Shown here in pieces: positions 59,552 to 64,000 of a stretch of DNA of 64,000 nucleotides. The DNA is taken from positions 4,512,001 through 4,576,000 of the forward strand of contig OZ242029.1 in the NCBI GenBank assembly GCA_965205015.1. Direction: 5' to 3'. The position numbers and the translations under genes are program-made. Position 1 is the stretch's first letter. Every line of letters begins with the position of its first letter. The stretch is from Candidatus Poribacteria bacterium (GTDB lineage Bacteria > Poribacteria > WGA-4E > WGA-3G). The notes under the pieces were generated by a model. It ran no database searches. It worked only from the letters and a program-made list of their open reading frames with translations, and had not been told where the DNA came from.

Positions 59552-60514
59552 ATGGAAACTAATACAAACAACGTAGAAGATCGAAATATTGTAATTATTG
59601 GCGGTGGCACTGCAGGGTTTGCCGCGGGGGTCTACACATCTCGCGCAATGCTTGAACCTGTTCTCATTACAGGAGACGCACTCGGTGGACAACTCTCTTT
59701 AACCCTTGACTTGGAAAACTATCCCGGTTTCTTCGGTAACGAAGCGGGGGTCTTCATACAAGGCATACAAGAACAGGCGGAGCGATTCGGCACCGAGGTC
59801 AAATTCGACACCGTAACGGCGATTGACTTTTCGCAACACCCGTTTGCTGTCACGACCTATGAGAAAGAATACCGTGCGAAATCTGTGATTATATGCACGG
59901 GCGCGTCGCCACGCACGCTCGATATTTCCGGTGAAGAGGAATACGGCGGACGGGGTGTCTCCTACTGTGCAACGTGCGACGGGTTCTTTTTTCAAGATCA
60001 GCGATTGATTGTCGTTGGCGGAGGAGACGCTGCGTTGGAGGAAGGCATCTTCCTAACCAAATATGCTTCTGAAGTATATATCGTTCACCGCCGCGATCAG
60101 CTCCGTGCGAGCCAGATCATGCAGGAACGCGCCTTCAAAAACGATAAAATTAAGTTCATCTGGGACACCGTCGTAGAGGAAATTAACGGCGATGCAGAAA
60201 AAGTGACAGGTGCTACCCTCAAAAACGTTAAAACCGGTGAGACGCAACTCTTCCCGATTGACGGTGTGTTTATCTTTATTGGACATATCCCGAACACAGA
60301 ACTCTTCACAGATGTCATAGATATGAACGATCAAGGTTATATTATTGTAGACGAGATGCAGCGCACGAACGTAAACGGGGTTTATGCCGCGGGTGATGTA
60401 CACGATCATGTCTTTCGTCAGGCAATTACCGCCGCCGGTGCGGGTGCTGCCGCTGCGATCGCCGCTGAAAAGTTCGTCGCAGAATTAGAGAACCGCGCCT
60501 ATCCGGGGAATTGA
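59552..60514 (+). CDS. trxB: thioredoxin-disulfide reductase
   Basis: GGQL, GRGVSYCATCDG, GGGDAALEE, HRRD, AAGDV. Confidence 0.95.
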   Translation: METNTNNVEDRNIVIIGGGTAGFAAGVYTSRAMLEPVLITGDALGGQLSLTLDLENYPGFFGNEAGVFIQGIQEQAERFGTEVKFDTVTAIDFSQHPFAVTTYEKEYRAKSVIICTGASPRTLDISGEEEYGGRGVSYCATCDGFFFQDQRLIVVGGGDAALEEGIFLTKYASEVYIVHRRDQLRASQIMQERAFKNDKIKFIWDTVVEEINGDAEKVTGATLKNVKTGETQLFPIDGVFIFIGHIPNTELFTDVIDMNDQGYIIVDEMQRTNVNGVYAAGDVHDHVFRQAITAAGAGAAAAIAAEKFVAELENRAYPGN

Positions 60515-60637
60515 TCGCTGCATAGATGAACCGTAAAGAAGGTTGATATTTGTCGGCAGATTAGGGTAGAATGTTGTTGATATGATCCACGTATTTGAAC
60601 ATTTTTCACGGAATTCAACTATAAGGAAACCGTTTTA

Positions 60638-62284
60638 GTGACTGATCACATACACCCACGACTCGCGCTCGGTTTAGATTCCAGCACGCAGAGCCTATCC
60701 GCTGTCGTCATTGATATAGACACAGCAGAAAAATGCTTTGAGCATTCGCTTGACTATCGCACCGACGAACGTCTCAACCAATTCGGTATCGGAGAGGACT
60801 ATATCTTGCCGCCGAGAGAGGAAGGTGAAGCCGAACAGCCACCACTCATGTACCTCGCCTCACTCGACGCCCTGTTTGCTGACATGCGCGAGGTGGGTGT
60901 GCCGCTTGAGAACATCCTCCTCATCAACACATCCGGACAGCAACACGGGCATGTCTATTTGAACCGAGATGCAGATGCACTTTTGGCGCAACTTGCCAGT
61001 TTCCAGAACTTCAACGAAGATACACGCGACCTGCAAATCCTGCTAAAAGATGTGTTTGCGTATCCCAATGCGCCCATCTGGATGACCGCGAATACGACTG
61101 CACAGACCGATGCTGTCCGAAACGGGGTCGGCGGAAAATCGGAGATGATTGACCTTTCCGGTTCGGACGCGCCGCTCCGCTTCACAGGTGCCGTCGTGCG
61201 CCGTGTCGGGGAACAATTCCCTGAATGTTACGCCGCGACAGCAAAAGTCCAATTGATTAGCAGTTTTATCCCTGCAGTGTTGACCGGTAACGCCGATGTG
61301 CCTATCGACTACGGAAACGGATGTGGGATGTCGCTCATGAATTACCGGAGCAAGGCGTGGGATTCCGCCCTGTTGGCAGCAACCGCGGACGGCTTACCGG
61401 GGGCTGTGGGGGCACTCCAATCGAAATTGCCTGCGCTTGCACGCCCAGATTCCATTGTGGGCAGTCTCGCTGCGTATTACATAGAGAAGTATGGCTTCGA
61501 TGGTCGCTGCGCGGTAATCGCGGGTTCTGGCGACAATCCACAATCGAAGGTGCCTGTTGCTGGAGATTTGCTGAGCCTCGGAACCAGTTTCGTCAACATG
61601 GTGTCAACCGACGGAGATACGCTCGATCCAGAAGGGTTTGCCAACGCCATGTATGACGGCATTAACCGTCCCTTTATGTTTGGATGCCGCACAAACGGTG
61701 CGATGGTATGGGATGCCGTGCGGAGTCATTACGGCTTGGCAAAAGAGGAATATGCCCCTGCAGAAGCGGCATTGCAGACCGTTGCCCCCGGACAGTTTAT
61801 GACGTTTTGGCAACCGAAGACAGAATCCTTCCCCGTCTCTGGTGCGTTTGCGTTAATCCGCGCCACCGCAGAATCCACATTAGCAGAGGACTATACCGGT
61901 ATTATCGAAACGAGCCTCGCCGCGGTTTACATTTACTCCGCCGTTTTCACAAAGCAGACACAGGAACCGTTGTTTGTAACGGGCGGCGCAACAGATAGTC
62001 CTGAAATCATGCGGCGTGTCGCAGGAATCTGGAACAGACCGACGCTTCCGGTAGAGAAAGGCGGTGCCGCACTCGGGGCGGCTGTCGCAGGGGTCAAGGC
62101 ACTTTTTGATGCGGATACTGATAGGGAGGCAGAACCTTTTGATGTTGAGACGTTCAGTGCTGCGGTCTTAAAGCGTGGTGAATCAATCCAACCGAACCCC
62201 ACAGACGTTGCCGCCTATCATGGTGATGGGAAATACCTCCAACAGTTTCAGGAAAAATACGAAAAAATCATGGCAGAATATTAG
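60638..62284 (+). CDS. FGGY carbohydrate kinase, eukaryotic-like xylulokinase subfamily
   Basis: GLDSSTQS, SGQQHG, RFTG, LISSF, GDNP, SLGTS, TGGA. Confidence 0.75.
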   Translation: MTDHIHPRLALGLDSSTQSLSAVVIDIDTAEKCFEHSLDYRTDERLNQFGIGEDYILPPREEGEAEQPPLMYLASLDALFADMREVGVPLENILLINTSGQQHGHVYLNRDADALLAQLASFQNFNEDTRDLQILLKDVFAYPNAPIWMTANTTAQTDAVRNGVGGKSEMIDLSGSDAPLRFTGAVVRRVGEQFPECYAATAKVQLISSFIPAVLTGNADVPIDYGNGCGMSLMNYRSKAWDSALLAATADGLPGAVGALQSKLPALARPDSIVGSLAAYYIEKYGFDGRCAVIAGSGDNPQSKVPVAGDLLSLGTSFVNMVSTDGDTLDPEGFANAMYDGINRPFMFGCRTNGAMVWDAVRSHYGLAKEEYAPAEAALQTVAPGQFMTFWQPKTESFPVSGAFALIRATAESTLAEDYTGIIETSLAAVYIYSAVFTKQTQEPLFVTGGATDSPEIMRRVAGIWNRPTLPVEKGGAALGAAVAGVKALFDADTDREAEPFDVETFSAAVLKRGESIQPNPTDVAAYHGDGKYLQQFQEKYEKIMAEY

Positions 62285-62314
62285 CAGTCAGCAGTCAGTT
62301 ACAAGAAGGATACG

Positions 62315-62446
62315 ATTGTAGGGATAGGTCTCGTGCCTATCCTATACCAATAGCATCAATTGTAGGGATAGGTCTCGTGCCTACCCTATACCAATAGCAT
62401 CAATTGTAGGGATAGGTCTCGTGCCTACCCTATACCAATAGCATCA
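62315..62446 (+). repeat. 3 x 44 bp tandem array of a GTAG-REP-containing unit
   Basis: Unit ATTGTAGGGATAGGTCTCGTGCCTA(C/T)CCTATACCAATAGCATCA at 62315, 62359 and 62403. Confidence 0.95.
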
Positions 62447-62947
62447 ATGAAAGAACAACTAACACATTTCGACGAAAAAGGCAACACACGAATGGTGGAT
62501 GTCGGTGGTAAAGACGAGACACTCCGCATCGCCATCGCTCATGGGCATATTACTGCGCACCCTGAAACCCTCCGTCTCATCGCTGAACAAGGCATGAAGA
62601 AGGGGGATGTTTTAGAGGTCGCGCGGCTTGCGGGGATCATGGCGGCGAAACGCACCGGTGAACTCATCCCATTGTGCCACCCCCTCGCATTGACCTCAAT
62701 TCGCGTTGAACTCGCTATCGCAGATGATGCACCACAGGTCGAAATTGAAGCAGAAGTTCAGACGGTAGGACGTACAGGCGTGGAAATGGAGGCACTCACT
62801 GCTGTGTCAGTTGCAGCCTTGACTGTTTATGACATGTGTAAGGCAGTAGATAGAGAGATGGTTATCGGTGAAGTCCAGCTTATGAAAAAAACAGGCGGCA
62901 AGAGCGGCGATTTTACAAAGGAGACAGTCGCAGGTTCTAACACGTAG
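62447..62947 (+). CDS. moaC: cyclic pyranopterin monophosphate synthase
   Basis: [39 protein letters not shown]. Confidence 0.96.
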   Translation: MKEQLTHFDEKGNTRMVDVGGKDETLRIAIAHGHITAHPETLRLIAEQGMKKGDVLEVARLAGIMAAKRTGELIPLCHPLALTSIRVELAIADDAPQVEIEAEVQTVGRTGVEMEALTAVSVAALTVYDMCKAVDREMVIGEVQLMKKTGGKSGDFTKETVAGSNT

Positions 62948-62970
62948 TTCCGTCAACAAGGTATATAATC

Positions 62971-64000
62971 ATGAAGAAAAAAATGCTTCAGATATGCATC
63001 ATAATCCTTGCACTTTGTCTAACGGCTACAACCCCCTTTGCCGCGGATCATGTCCTAATCATTGGTGGTGTTGTTGGTGAAAAATCCTTTTACGACGCGT
63101 TCTGGGGTGCTACCTCTCGGTTCCACCATTTGCTCACTGATGAATACGGCTACACACCCGACCAGATTACTTTTCTCTTTGAGGATACGGGTGATATAGA
63201 CCGAGGTGAGGAAGACGCGTTAGAACTGGTTGACGCAGAATCAAATCGCGAACAGGTCTTAGCTGCATTCGACCAACTCGCCAAGACCGTGCAACCCTCA
63301 GACCGGTTCCTACTGTTTATGCTGGGACACGCTTCCCGTACCGGTAGAGGCAGTGCAAAATTTAATCTACGAGGACGGGACATTACTGAAGTAGAATATG
63401 TGACGCTCATTAATAGCATTCCTGCTGAGAATCAGGTTCTCATCTTCGGTTTCCCCTATAGTGGACGACTTGTGCCGCAACTCAGTGCCCCGGGACGCCT
63501 CATCCTCACCTCAAGTTCACCCAATGAAGGCTATTCGCTACAGGCAGGCTTCGGCGATATCTTTGTTGATGCCTTCTCCACCGCAGATAACGATATAAAC
63601 GGTGATAGAGACATCTCTGTGTTAGAAGCGTTCCTATCGCTACAGACACGGACGAAGGCGTGGTATGAGAACGACGGAACGATTCAGTCCGAACATCCAC
63701 ATCTCGATGATAACGGTGATGGAAATGCGACTCGGAACCTAACGATTGATCCTGAAGTTCCACGTGTAGACGGGGCAGATGATGGCGCACTCGCCGAAAA
63801 GACCTTTTTAGGGAAACGTCGTTCCGCCTTGCCAAGCACCTCACCTCCACCGGAATCTGAGGCTTTAACTGACACGCAAAATCCGCTGCCTCGCAAACCT
63901 CCCCTTTTTACCGATGTGTTGCCCACTGTCCCCTCGGAAACCGATGAACTCGAGCATGAACTGGTAGAGCCGGATAACCCCATCGCCCCGCGCACGCCTG
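62971..64000 (+). CDS. secreted caspase/legumain (C13)-fold protein, partial
   Basis: Manual translation MKKKMLQICIIILALCL...VLIIGG...FLLFMLGHA...FNLRGRD...FGFPYSG...DINGDRDISVLEAF...EHPHLDDNGDG; open to the window end. Confidence 0.65.
   Translation, partial: MKKKMLQICIIILALCLTATTPFAADHVLIIGGVVGEKSFYDAFWGATSRFHHLLTDEYGYTPDQITFLFEDTGDIDRGEEDALELVDAESNREQVLAAFDQLAKTVQPSDRFLLFMLGHASRTGRGSAKFNLRGRDITEVEYVTLINSIPAENQVLIFGFPYSGRLVPQLSAPGRLILTSSSPNEGYSLQAGFGDIFVDAFSTADNDINGDRDISVLEAFLSLQTRTKAWYENDGTIQSEHPHLDDNGDGNATRNLTIDPEVPRVDGADDGALAEKTFLGKRRSALPSTSPPPESEALTDTQNPLPRKPPLFTDVLPTVPSETDELEHELVEPDNPIAPRTP

Noticed and set aside
62315-62446. Possible CRISPR array
   Set aside because: Units are contiguous with identical intervening sequence, so there are no unique spacers, and no cas genes are in the window.
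62285-62446. Moco riboswitch upstream of moaC
   Set aside because: The region is fully explained by the tandem repeat and shows no multi-stem Moco motif.
222-63995. Numerous 60-200 aa ORFs in the track that overlap called genes
   Set aside because: They are antisense or alternate-frame shadows of well-supported genes and have no recognisable motifs.

Overview
64 kb of bacterial chromosome, most likely Candidatus Poribacteria. This is an inference from the expanded LamG proteins with a shared C-terminal motif, the DUF1592/DUF1552 pair, PhyH and Ldh_2 paralogs, and GTAG-type REP repeats. Housekeeping genes (argF, thrC, holA, hisZ-hisG-hisS, ubiE/menG, pheT, msrA, serA, tatA, trxB, moaC) are mixed with many secreted proteins and a few accessory genes (tyrosine recombinase, orphan HicB, zeta-toxin pair, solitary DNA methyltransferase, HEPN fusion). 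I saw no rRNA, tRNA or CRISPR array. Main observations: (1) an unannotated His4 leader peptide with a full protector/antiterminator/terminator attenuator before hisZ-hisG-hisS; (2) a C-terminal [VxPxx(K/R)xxxxW(G/A)xxK] tail on five secreted proteins of two families, a candidate sorting signal; (3) a Swt1-HEPN/coiled-coil/RecJ-C-terminal-like/wHTH fusion; (4) GTAG REP elements, one in frame inside pheT and one as a 3x44 bp array just before the moaC start; (5) a duplicated Tat signal peptide; (6) a structured 5' UTR before argF. All family assignments come from motif recognition by eye, not database searches.
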